This document shows, piece after piece, positions 1-11,580 of a stretch of 64,000 nt of DNA. Positions within the stretch are counted from its first letter, which is position 1. The number at the start of each line of letters is the position of its first letter. The notes under the pieces were generated by a model. It worked only from the letters and a program-made list of their open reading frames with translations, was not told where the DNA came from and did no database searches. Made by a program: the position numbers and the translations under genes. Source of the stretch: Octopus bimaculoides. Its lineage: Eukaryota. The DNA lies in assembly GCF_001194135.2 (NCBI RefSeq), contig NC_068989.1, forward strand, positions 72,686,536 to 72,750,535, in the 5' to 3' direction.

Positions 1-669
1 AAGGATTAAAGTTGTACGGAACAGAAAACTACAAGAGATTAAACTAACCATGTTATGCTGCATCAAATACTTTTATATTTTCCCTTCCTCTCAATGAACG
101 CTGAAAAATAACATGACAAGAGGAATTTTAGCCGAACGAAACGATTGAATACACAGAAAATTAGCTCTCTTACACAGCTACCCCCTTTCTTCCCCATTTC
201 TTTCATTCTCTCGTACTTTCATTCTCTCGTACTTTCTCTGTATTCGACTGTTACTTTCTTCTTTTGTTTTTCCCCTTCTTTTCTTCCTTCATTCCTTCTT
301 TCCTTCCTGTCTTCCTTCATCCCTTACTACTTTTCTTTCCATCTTTGTTTCTTTCGTTTGTTTCTTTCATGTTTCTCTTTCATTCGTTTATTCCTTTTAC
401 TTCTATTATTTTAGATTTTCGGAACACCTTAGACAAATATAATAACGTTATGCTTGAAACTTTGTCTGGGGAGTCTCTGTTTAGGAGATTCTCTACATAT
501 TCCCTACAGGTATATTACTATTACAAATGTCTATATTCAAGAGGTTATTACTAATTATAACAACAACATTGATATTCATTATGCATTTCCTCTACTGTAA
601 TAAAACACGTGTAACATGGAATTAGAAATATACCAAATTTTTAATATACGTAATGTATGTTTAATATGT

Positions 670-948
670 GGAGGCGCAATGGCCCAGTGGTTACGGCAGC
701 AGACTCGCGGTCATAGGATCGCGGCTTCGATTCCCAGACCGGGCGTTGTGAGTGTTTATTGAACGAAAACACCTAAAGCTCCACGAGTCTTCGGCAGGGG
801 ATGGTGGCGAACCCTGCTGTACTCTTCCACCACAACTTTCTCTCACTCTTACTTCCTGTTTCTGTTGTGCCTGTAATGCAAAGGGTCGGCCTTGTCACAC
901 TGTGTCACGCTGAATATCCCCGAGAACTACGTTAAGGGTACACGTGTC
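670..948 (+). mobile_element. tRNA-derived SINE, family A (partial, runs into gap)
   Basis: Head GGAGGCGCAATGGCCCAGTGG (A box) and GGCTTCGATTCCC (B box). Body near-identical to 34553-34939 and 62639-62968. Confidence 0.9.
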
Positions 949-1223
949 NNNNNNNNNNNNNNNNNNNNNNNNNNNNNNNNNNNNNNNNNNNNNNNNNNNN
1001 NNNNNNNNNNNNNNNNNNNNNNNNNNNNNNNNNNNNNNNNNNNNNNNNNNNNNNNNNNNNNNNNNNNNNNNNNNNNNNNNNNNNNNNNNNNNNNNNNNNN
1101 NNNNNNNNNNNNNNNNNNNNNNNNNNNNNNNNNNNNNNNNNNNNNNNNNNNNNNNNNNNNNNNNNNNNNNNNNNNNNNNNNNNNNNNNNNNNNNNNNNNN
1201 NNNNNNNNNNNNNNNNNNNNNNN

Positions 1224-1259
<36 letters not shown>

Positions 1260-1416
1260 GACGGGGTTCTTTCAGTTTCCGATTACCAAATCCACACACA
1301 AGACTTTGGTCAGCCCAAGGCTATAGAAGACACTTGCCCAGGTGCCATGCAGTGCCACTGAATCCGGAAGCATGTGCTTGATATGCAAGGTGCTTACCAC
1401 ACAGCTACTCCTGCGC
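1224..1416 (-). mobile_element. tRNA-derived SINE, family C, 5' half
   Basis: Matches the 5' half of the copies at 6856-7360 and 58496-59036 (GACACTTGCCC, CTTACCACACAGC.ACTCCT). Confidence 0.8.
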
Positions 1417-2013
1417 TTACATATATATATATGTATCATACTTGAAGCAGATACACCATTGAAAGCCTAAGTAAATGCGGTATTCATCATAAGATAGTGT
1501 CTCTTATAAAGGTTCTGTGCTGAAAAACACTGAAATATATCAGTAGCAGGCAGGAATTGCTTAGCAGCCGTGACAACATTGCTAAATGTGTATTTCTGCC
1601 TAATTGACCTTCGTTGGTATCAAATCAACTGCCACCGATATAGTAAAAAAAGGGATTGGAAAATAGCTAACGTGAAATTAGCTGGCCCACTGAATAAAAA
1701 TACGGACTTTGAGACAGAAATGCATTAATTTAAAGGGGCAATCTATGTAAAGCAGGTATATATTAGAAAACCTATTTAGGCCCTGTATTCATACTAGGAT
1801 GGTATCTCTTATAGACGTATATTATTAAAAAAACAAAACTATATAAGCAGTAGATTTCGCTACTAGCCGATTTTCATTGCAGCTAATGTGTTTTTATTCT
1901 GCTAACCTGCTAATTGCAACATTAGTTATTTTTCACACACTTGTACACTATAGTGAATATGCATGATACCTCTCCACTGTCATGTCTTACTAGACATGTC
2001 TTCGATGATTTTT

Positions 2014-2050
<37 letters not shown>

Positions 2051-2270
2051 CAACAGTAGCATCAGCAGTAGTAGTAATAGTGATAATTGTGGTGGTGGTC
2101 GTCGTGGTGTTCGTGGTCGTGGTGGTAATAGTGGTATTAGTTCTCGTGGTGGTGGTGTTCTTAGTGTTGGTCCTACTGATGTTGGTGCTGGTGGAGTTGG
2201 CTATAGGAATGATAGTGATGGTGAGGGTGGAAACGGTGATAGCGGTGATGATGGTGGTGATGAAGGGTGG
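2014..2270. repeat. (TAG)n/(TGG)n trinucleotide low-complexity tract
   Basis: Direct reading. Explains the poly-Ser and poly-Val ORFs. Confidence 0.9.
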
Positions 2271-2347
2271 CAGTTATATACCGTTTAGTCATCTGTTACT
2301 GTTGTTTTTGTGGTTTCTTGCGCTTGTGTCGTAGCTGTTGTTGTTGC

Positions 2348-2705
2348 CACCCAAGGCTTTCAACGAGCATAGGCCTCTAGGAGTCACATACTTCTTACAA
2401 AAATCGTGCCCATATCACATAATATCGTGACTCAACTTTTCTTACCTCAACTGGTCTAGCCTCATTCAACGCTATTCTGAAAGAAATCAAATAATAAAAC
2501 GAAAAAGACCCTTATAACATTCAAACTATACCTGGGCAAATTCATCCAAAAATGCCAGAGAAATCACCGACACTAGCTAGGATAATTTCATCAGACAACA
2601 ACTTCCATTATGAGTAGGTTATGGCATCCTAAAACATGACTTCAAAATTAAGTTAGATACGTCCTGGGCCAATAATGTCCCGATCCTATCTAAGTTATTT
2701 AAGAG
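2348..2705 (+). mobile_element. CR1-type LINE 3' end relic
   Basis: Degenerate translation TGLASFNAILKEIK..EKDP..FKLYLGKF..MPEK parallels the 50859-51251 ORF. Shares the 3' UTR motif TAAGTTAGATACG..TGGGCCAATA. Confidence 0.65.
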
Positions 2706-2992
2706 AATGTGTTGATTAGAAATAGAGATTATGTTTGTTACTCCTTTGTTTAGTCCAATAATTCGACTCATATCGAAACAGGATCGAAATGTAAGACGTT
2801 AAAAACTCAGTGATTTCTAATAGCGTGTAGTTGAGGTCTTCAATGATAAAAGAATTTTGAAAGCCAGATTTTGATAAAAATATATTAAAATTGGAATTTA
2901 TAAGAATATTGTAGACAGTGAAGACCAATTTTTGCTTTCTTTTAGTACAAGTTACATAATTACAACTTATTAATAAGCAACTTTCTTTATTA

Positions 2993-3032
<40 letters not shown>

Positions 3033-3033
<1 letters not shown>

Positions 3034-3220
3034 AATTAAAAACGTAAAAATAAAAACACAACACAAAGGATTCCGCGGTACACGTGTTTCAAGCTTTATA
3101 GTCGTTGCATCATTATATGGGTATATATATATATATATAATAATGCAACGACTATAAAGCTTGAAACACGTGTACCGCAGAATCCTTTGTGTTCTGTTTT
3201 TATTTTTACGTTTTTAATTT
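3033..3220. repeat. 85-bp inverted repeat (fold-back) around a (TA)-rich spacer; probable Penelope-like inverted terminal segment
   Basis: Arms 3033-3117 and 3136-3220 with 3 mismatches. Each arm carries GAAACACGTGTA, a hammerhead 3'-half motif. Confidence 0.85.
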
Positions 3221-3669
3221 GTTCTTTCACCCCGGCCACTATCTACATATGCAGGTGCTTGCAATTATCAAGTATTACCTCGAAAATTTACTTTACCTAT
3301 ATATACATACATATATATNNNNNNNNNNNNNNNNNNNNNNNNNNNNNNNNNNNNNNNNNNNNNNNNNNNNNNNNNNNNNNNNNNNNNNNNNNNNNNNNNN
3401 NNNNNNNNNNNNNNNNNNNNNNNNNNNNNNNNNNNNNNNNNNNNNNNNNNNNNNNNNNNNNNNNNNNNNNNNNNNNNNNNNNNNNNNNNNNNNNNNNNNN
3501 NNNNNNNNNNNNNNNNNNNNNNNNNNNNNNNNNNNNNNNNNNNNNNNNNNNNNNNNNNNNNNNNNNNNNNNNNNNNNNNNNNNNNNNNNNNNNNNNNNNN
3601 NNNNNNNNNNNNNNNNNNNNNNNNNNNNNNNNNNNNNNNNNNNNNNNNNNNNNNNNNNNNNNNNNNNNN

Positions 3670-3726
<57 letters not shown>

Positions 3727-4812
3727 TACACACATTGATACTCATAAGTAAATATGAAATTAAATACAAAACAGACAGAGGTGATAATTCATAGGATGCA
3801 CACAGAACGGCAAGAATCCAAACAATAAACTGCTTATTCATTTTTAATACGTTCTGGCAGATTTGAACGTGAATATCTGACCGCTGTTGCTTTCCGTTGA
3901 CGGAGAATGCATATATATTCTTACATACAATGACATACACAAATAAACATTAACCCCCACCGCCCCACCAAAAAGAAAGAAAAATACAGGAGAAGGAAGA
4001 ACAAACGCTGGTCCAGGCAAACACGCAAATCAGTTAAAGATTCCATCTAACACTTAAACGGTTCGGATCCACGTAAATTTTCTCTGGTGATTGTATTGAC
4101 GGCCTCGATGTACATAGGAAAATATCTGCTTCCTCGGCATGTCTACATCTTTGTATTTCTTCTGTCAATAGGGATTGCAAGTGTAGTACTAGCGGACAGA
4201 AAAGAGACGGGCAAATTATGATGCGAGAGATGCTTAGGGTTCTAAATCCTGGTGTTTCTTAAGTCCTAACACCGCTGATATGGTTGACAAGCAAAACCGC
4301 TTTCACCAGAGAATCCAGTCTTTCTGTTTCGTGTGTCTGAAATACAGAAACTACCTTTATCTGGGATTATCAGGGTAGAAAATAGATAAGGGTATTAAGT
4401 GATGGTATGGTTTGCAGTGTGGTTAAGGATACAATTATGTGCATGAGAGCATATATATGTATATATATATATATNNNNNNNNNNNNNNNNNNNNNNNNNN
4501 NNNNNNNNNNNNNNNNNNNNNNNNNNNNNNNNNNNNNNNNNNNNNNNNNNNNNNNNNNNNNNNNNNNNNNNNNNNNNNNNNNNNNNNNNNNNNNNNNNNN
4601 NNNNNNNNNNNNNNNNNNNNNNNNNNNNNNNNNNNNNNNNNNNNNNNNNNNNNNNNNNNNNNNNNNNNNNNNNNNNNNNNNNNNNNNNNNNNNNNNNNNN
4701 NNNNNNNNNNNNNNNNNNNNNNNNNNNNNNTATATATATAAATATACATATGCGCATGCACGCACACACACACACATACACACACACACACAGAGACACA
4801 CACACACCCACA

Positions 4813-4854
<42 letters not shown>

Positions 4855-4865
4855 CACGCACATAT

Positions 4866-4900
<35 letters not shown>

Positions 4901-5047
4901 CCTATGCATGTGTATGTATGTAGCTCTCTCTCTGTCTATATATAGAGATATATTGATATACACTCATGCGTGGGCAAATGTGCGTGTGTTTGTGTATGTT
5001 ATGTGTGTGTGTGTGTGTGTGCGTGTGTGTGTGTGTGTGCATGTGTG

Positions 5048-5080
<33 letters not shown>

Positions 5081-5438
5081 TGAATATGTATGGAGAATCG
5101 AGTGTCTTGACTTTTAGACAGCGATCAATCTCTCGTGTATTTTATGCGGATCAGATTTGTGTGTTCAGAAATATAACCACTGATGTTGAATAGTTTGAGC
5201 TGAGCTAAAATGGAATTTACTACAGAAGTCAACGGATATTTCCGAACAAATCCGAACAAGAACGATCCTCTGTTAACGTTAAGAAAGTTCTTATTTCTAA
5301 AAATTATAATCGGCACAAAAATTCTGTAGAACGTACATAGTGGATAGCGTGCCAGATAGACTGACGGACAACGAAACCAGTCGAGAGGTCGGCGAGCTTC
5401 ATATACTGAAACTCTTCACTGAGTAGTAGTAGTAGTAA

Positions 5439-5481
<43 letters not shown>

Positions 5482-5668
5482 AGTGGTGGTATGGTGGTAG
5501 TGGTGGTATGGTGGTAGTGGTAGTAGTAACAGTATTCGTTGTGGTGATTCTGATGGTGGTAGTAATAGTAGAAGTTGCTGTGATTGGAGTATTATTAGCA
5601 GTAGTAGAAGCAGTAGCAGCAGCAACAGTAACAATCTAGGAAGGAGAGCGTTGTGGAAATACGTTTTG

Positions 5669-5715
<47 letters not shown>

Positions 5716-5749
5716 AATAATATTCTTCCTAATTTAAGTTCAATTTCGA

Positions 5750-6700
5750 GGGGAGAGGATTGATCAGTCGATACCAATAACATTACTTGACTGGCACTTC
5801 GTTTTCTCAACGTTGCCCCCGAGATTTGAACTCAGAATGTAAAGAGTCTGAAGAAATGCCGCCACTCATTTTCTTCGACGCTCTAACGATTCTGCTTACA
5901 CACCGCCTTAATATTAATTTTAAATTTTGGCGCAAGGCCAGCAATTTCGGTGGAGGGAGTAAGTCGATTACATTGACCCCAGTGCTCAACTGGTGCTTAT
6001 TTTATCGACCCCAAAAAGGAAGAAAGGCAAAGTCGACCACGGTGGAATTTGAGCACAAAACGTAAAGACAGTTGAAATGCCGCTACACATTTTGCCGAAC
6101 GTGTTAACGATTCTGCCCGCTCGTCGTTTTTAATATCAATAACAATGGCTTCAAATTTTGACACAAAGTCAACAACTCTGGGAGGAACTGTTTAGTCGAT
6201 TACATCGACCCAGTACTTGTCTAGTACTTATTTTATCGACCCCATAATAATGAAAAGCAATGTTGGCCTCAGCGGGACTATGATGATGATGATGATATTT
6301 TAGCAAGCACACACACAAATCAAAATTTCTTTCACTATCAATGAATAGCAGATTAGCAACTATCTTTTCATACAGACACAACACAGACGACGCTTTCAGG
6401 TATTTTGGATAAGGTTTTCAGAAATAACCCAATAGATTTACCATTAATTCCGTGAAATATTCACAGGTCCCGCTAGTATTTCAAGAAATTATGATATACT
6501 TCAAGGCGTTGAGTTGGTAGAATCGCGATCACGCTGGACAAAATACTTAGCTGCATTTCGAAATTTTACGTTCTGAGTTCGAATTCCGCTGAGGTCGACT
6601 TTGCCTCTTATCCTTTCGAGGTCGATAAAATAAGTACCAATTGAGAACTTATGACCTACCCTCAAATTGCTGGCCGTGTGCCAAAAATTGAAACCAATTA
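5750..6700. mobile_element. Cluster of diverged family B SINEs (three on -, one on +)
   Basis: Recurring GGAATTTGAACTCAGAA / TTCTGAGTTC.AATTCCG, GTCGATTACATCGACCCCAG and AAGGCG-type heads. Confidence 0.75.
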
Positions 6701-6855
6701 ATTATGATATCCTTTAATGGTTTAAATGTTCATTAAAAAGATAAATTTTCAGTAGACAGAAAAAAAATTATAGCTACATTGGTCAATTGCTATGTAGCGT
6801 GTTCCAAGGTTTGTTAACAAAATTCACGAAAGCATTCGCAAAATATTTCCTTAAC

Positions 6856-7360
6856 TTTTGTCTTTTACTTGTTTCATTCATTTAACTGAGGCCATGCTGG
6901 AGCACCGCCTTTAGTCGAGCAAATCGACCCCAGAACTTATTCTTTGTAAGCCTAGTACTTATTCTATCGGTCTCTTTTGCCGAACCGCTAAGTTACGGGG
7001 ACGTAAACACACCAGCATCGGTTGTCAAGCGATATTGGGATGACAAACACAGACACACAAACATATACACGCACATACATACATATATATATATATATAT
7101 ANNNNNNNNNNNNNNNNNNNNNNNNNNNNNNNNNNNNNNNNNNNNNNNNNNNNNNNNNNNNNNNNNNNNNNNNNNNATATATATACATACTTATATACGA
7201 CGGGCTTCTTTCAGTTTCCGTCTACCAAATCCACTCACAAGGCTTTGGTCGGCCCGAGGCTATAGTAGAAGACACTTGCCCAAGGTGTCACGCAATGGGA
7301 CTGAACCCGGAACCGTGTGGTTGGTAAGCAAGCTACTTACCACACAGCCACTCCTACGCC
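6856..7360 (-). mobile_element. tRNA-derived SINE, family C, full length, with internal (TA)/(TG) microsatellite and gap
   Basis: Minus-strand head GGCGTAGGAGTGGCTGTGTGGTAAG, GGTTCAGTCCC B box, MIR-core-like ACCTTGGGCAAGTGTCTT, 3' end GGCGGTGCTCCAGCATGGCC...GAAACAAGTAAAAGA. Confidence 0.9.
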
Positions 7361-7817
7361 TCACAAAAAATTAGTAATTGTTGTGTGGCCTCAGGTGTGC
7401 ATCGTGCAATTAGACCAATGATCAAAGACGGTCCAACCGTGATAATCTTGTATTGTTACATATCAGAAACTATATTGTCTTAATGTGACTCGTCTTTCTT
7501 TTTTTTTTCAATATTTTTATCTTTTAACAGGAATGGCACCCTGACCATTTCTGTTAAACAAAATATTCAAGAACAAAAATAAGTTGCAGTCGTCAATATC
7601 AAGCGTGAATATAATTTTTTTTCCCCTTCTTCTCTCTCAGACGAGTGAATGAGATTTAGCTGCTATTTTGAGCGACCACCTAATGGCTGTCGTGTTATCC
7701 TGGACTCCGTTGTTGGTTCGACACACAATATAAAGTGATGTTAGGTGAATTAGTGATAATTTGTGCAGAATTTCGTTGTCAAGGAATAAGAGAACTGATT
7801 TACATATGAAAAGCATA

Positions 7818-8189
7818 CTCTTTTCTTCTTTCAGTCATTTGACTGCGGCACCACCTTTAGTCGAGCAAATCGACCCTAGGACTTATTCTTTGGATGCCTA
7901 GTACTTATTCTATCGGTCTCTTTTGCCAAAACGCTAAGTTACGGGGACCTAAACACACCACCATCTGTTGTCAAGCGATGTTGGGGGGACACAGACACAC
8001 AAACATATACACAAACACACACACACATATATATATATATATACATATATACGGCGGGCTTCTTTCAGTTTCCGTCTACCAAATCCACTCACAAGGCTTT
8101 GGTCGGCTCGAGGCTATAGTAGAAGACACTTGCCCAGTGGGACTGAAACCAGGATCATGTGGCTGGTAAGCAGGCTACTTACCACACAG
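7818..8189 (-). mobile_element. Family C SINE (head runs into gap)
   Basis: Colinear with 6856-7360. Confidence 0.85.
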
Positions 8190-9624
8190 NNNNNNNNNNN
8201 NNNNNNNNNNNNNNNNNNNNNNNNNNNNNNNNNNNNNNNNNNNNNNNNNNNNNNNNNNNNNNNNNNNNNNNNNNNNNNNNNNNNNNNNNNNNNNNNNNNN
8301 NNNNNNNNNNNNNNNNNNNNNNNNNNNNNNNNNNNNNNNNNNNNNNNNNNNNNNNNNNNNNNNNNNNNNNNNNNNNNNNNNNNNNNNNNNNNNNNNNNNN
8401 NNNNNNNNNNNNNNNNNNNNNNNNNNNNNNNNNNNNNNNNNNNNNNNNNNNNNNNNNNNNNNNNNNNNNNNNNNNNNNNNNNNNNNNNNNNNNNNNNNNN
8501 NNNNNNNNNNNNNNNNNNNNNNNNNNNNNNNNNNNNNNNNNNNNNNNNNNNNNNNNNNNNNNNNNNNNNNNNNNNNNNNNNNNNNNNNNNNNNNNNNNNN
8601 NNNNNNNNNNNNNNNNNNNNNNNNNNNNNNNNNNNNNNNNNNNNNNNNNNNNNNNNNNNNNNNNNNNNNNNNNNNNNNNNNNNNNNNNNNNNNNNNNNNN
8701 NNNNNNNNNNNNNNNNNNNNNNNNNNNNNNNNNNNNNNNNNNNNNNNNNNNNNNNNNNNNNNNNNNNNNNNNNNNNNNNNNNNNNNNNNNNNNNNNNNNN
8801 NNNNNNNNNNNNNNNNNNNNNNNNNNNNNNNNNNNNNNNNNNNNNNNNNNNNNNNNNNNNNNNNNNNNNNNNNNNNNNNNNNNNNNNNNNNNNNNNNNNN
8901 NNNNNNNNNNNNNNNNNNNNNNNNNNNNNNNNNNNNNNNNNNNNNNNNNNNNNNNNNNNNNNNNNNNNNNNNNNNNNNNNNNNNNNNNNNNNNNNNNNNN
9001 NNNNNNNNNNNNNNNNNNNNNNNNNNNNNNNNNNNNNNNNNNNNNNNNNNNNNNNNNNNNNNNNNNNNNNNNNNNNNNNNNNNNNNNNNNNNNNNNNNNN
9101 NNNNNNNNNNNNNNNNNNNNNNNNNNNNNNNNNNNNNNNNNNNNTATATATATACACATATGTGTATATATTTTTAATATATGTTATATATATGCATGTA
9201 TGTATGTGTGTGTGTGTGTATAAGAAACGACGGGGAGAGACAGTATCAAAAGGGAATAAAAAAAGATAATCCAGGGGTCGGAATGGGAGGATTAGCAACT
9301 GTCAAAATCAGACATTAATGAGGATATATCCAGTCAAACACTGGATTACCACAGTCGCTCTGTAAGGCTATATATGTTTTCACCTGTTTGCCATTTGACG
9401 TCGCGATTTTCGATATTCTATAGATTTAGTCGTTTGCATTTACAGAACATAATCTTAGCATCCACCCTCCCACTGCTACCAATCACATTTGAACTACACA
9501 CAGTTATTCAGTTTTCTTCTATCTGTTCTATGTTCCATAGCAGTTAAGTGAAAGAATTTCAAAACAATATTAGATTCAAGACACAGCTCTAATTCTTAAA
9601 TAGTGGTTAATATTGTAGCTCCAT

Positions 9625-10500
9625 GTAAGGTAGCGAGCTGGCAGAATCATTACCGCCCTAGAAAAAAATGCTTAGCGGAATTTTTCTTGCTTTTATGTTC
9701 TGAGTTCAAATTCCGCCGAGGTCAACTTTCCCGTTCATCCTTTCGCGGTCGATAAAACAAGAAGTTGAAAACTGGGATCGATGTAAGCAACTTTCCCCCG
9801 TCACCGAAATTGGTGGAATTGTGCCAAAATTTGAGACCAATATTATAATCTTTTCTACTAAAGGCACAAGGCCAGAAATTTGTGGGGAAAGAACTAGTCG
9901 ATTACATCGACCCCAGTGTTTCAATGGTACTTAATTCATCGACCCCAAAACGATGAAAGGCCAAGTCGACTTCGGCGGAATTTGAACTCAGAACGTAGCG
10001 TCAGGCGAAATACCGCTAAGCATTTTGCACAGCTTGACAGTTCTACCAGACCGTCGACTTGTAGACCAATATTATAATGTCACAAAAGGCGGTGAGCTAG
10101 CAGAATCGTTAGCACGCCGGGCGAAATGCTTAACGGTATTTCGTCTGCTGTTACGTTCTGAGTTCAAATTCCGCCGAGGTCGATTTTGCCTTTCATCCTT
10201 TCGGGGTCGATAAATTAAGTACCAGTTACGCACTGGGGCCGATGTAATCTACTTAATCCCTTTGTCTGTCCTTGTTTGTCCCCTCTTTGTTTAGCCCCTT
10301 GTGGTCAACAAAGAAATAGGATTCGTTAGCACACCTTGCAAAATGCTTAGCGGCACTTCGTCCGTTTTAACGGGGTCAACTTTGCGTTTCACTCTTTCGG
10401 TGTCGTTATAGTAAGTACCAGTTGAGCATTGGAGTCGATGTAACAGACGTAAACCTTCTCCCGAAGTTGCTGGCATTGTGTCAAAATTTAAAACCAATAT
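9625..10500. mobile_element. Cluster of four family B SINEs (+, -, +, +)
   Basis: Heads AAGGTAGCGAGCTGGCAGAATC (about 9625) and AAGGCGGTGAGCTAGCAGAATC (about 10086); inverted copy at about 9850-10058; truncated copy at about 10320-10500. Confidence 0.85.
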
Positions 10501-10670
10501 TATAATGCCATGGAATCTTGGATTCGTTCTTAAGCTACAACAGGTAACTCTTTTAAGATATCAAGGAAACAAGACAGTATTTAACAATAATATAAAACAA
10601 CAGGAAGCGAGCTGGCAGAATCGTTGGCACAAATAACGGTAGAAAGGTGTACTATCTACCTCTTTTACTT

Positions 10671-10728
<58 letters not shown>

Positions 10729-10813
10729 GCACACACACACACACACAAATGCACACGCACACACAAATGCACATACACACGCACAAATGCACATACACAC
10801 ACACACAACCACA

Positions 10814-10849
<36 letters not shown>

Positions 10850-11099
10850 ATTTGACTACCTCTGTCTGTTTTTTTTTGTCTTTAATATAGTGGCCTCTGC
10901 TCCTCTGAGATAGCGAGCCTTGTAACAATTCCATTTATACTCTTTCGACTCGCTCACCTCTCTTCTCCCACATCCATGTCGAATCCTAAACTATATATAA
11001 GTAAGAACCGACATGAAATAAAAGAGACATAAATTAAAGTCTAATACCAATGAATACCTATGTAGCAAGGATACGGTATATCTTAGTCAATCTCATTAG

Positions 11100-11136
<37 letters not shown>

Positions 11137-11286
11137 TAGAGGGGGGGAGGGGGAGAGAGAAAGATAGATACATACATATATATGTGTGTGTGTGTGTGCG
11201 TAGGCATATTGTGTGTCCGTGTGTGTATATACCTATACACACAGAGCGATTTAGTTCATATATATGTATACATACATATATATATC

Positions 11287-11336
11287 GTCTTCTTCTTCTT
11301 TTTCTTCTTCTTCTTTTTCTTCTTCTTCTTCTTCTT

Positions 11337-11367
<31 letters not shown>

Positions 11368-11490
11368 TTATTATTATTATTATTATATATGAATATTTAT
11401 ATATATATATTCATATATAATGATGATAATAATAATGATAATAATAAGAAGAATAAGAATAAGAAGAAGAAGAAGGAGAAGAAGAAGAAG

Positions 11491-11522
<32 letters not shown>

Positions 11523-11580
11523 CAAAAACAACGACAACAAGAACAAGGAAAAGATGAATCATAACAGCAAAAACAGCAAC
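11287..11580. repeat. (TCT)n ... (AGA)n mirrored trinucleotide tracts
   Basis: (TTC)n/(TTA)n at 11287-11387, then (AAT)n/(AAG)n at 11420-11520. Confidence 0.85.

Noticed and set aside
670-745. SINE heads as tRNA genes
   Set aside because: A and B boxes are present but there is no complete acceptor stem, and each continues into a repeated SINE body.
4224-4253. Peptide REMLRVLNPG resembling a methyltransferase motif (EMxRVLKPGG)
   Set aside because: Isolated 10-mer, flanked by in-frame stops, with no convincing splice sites.
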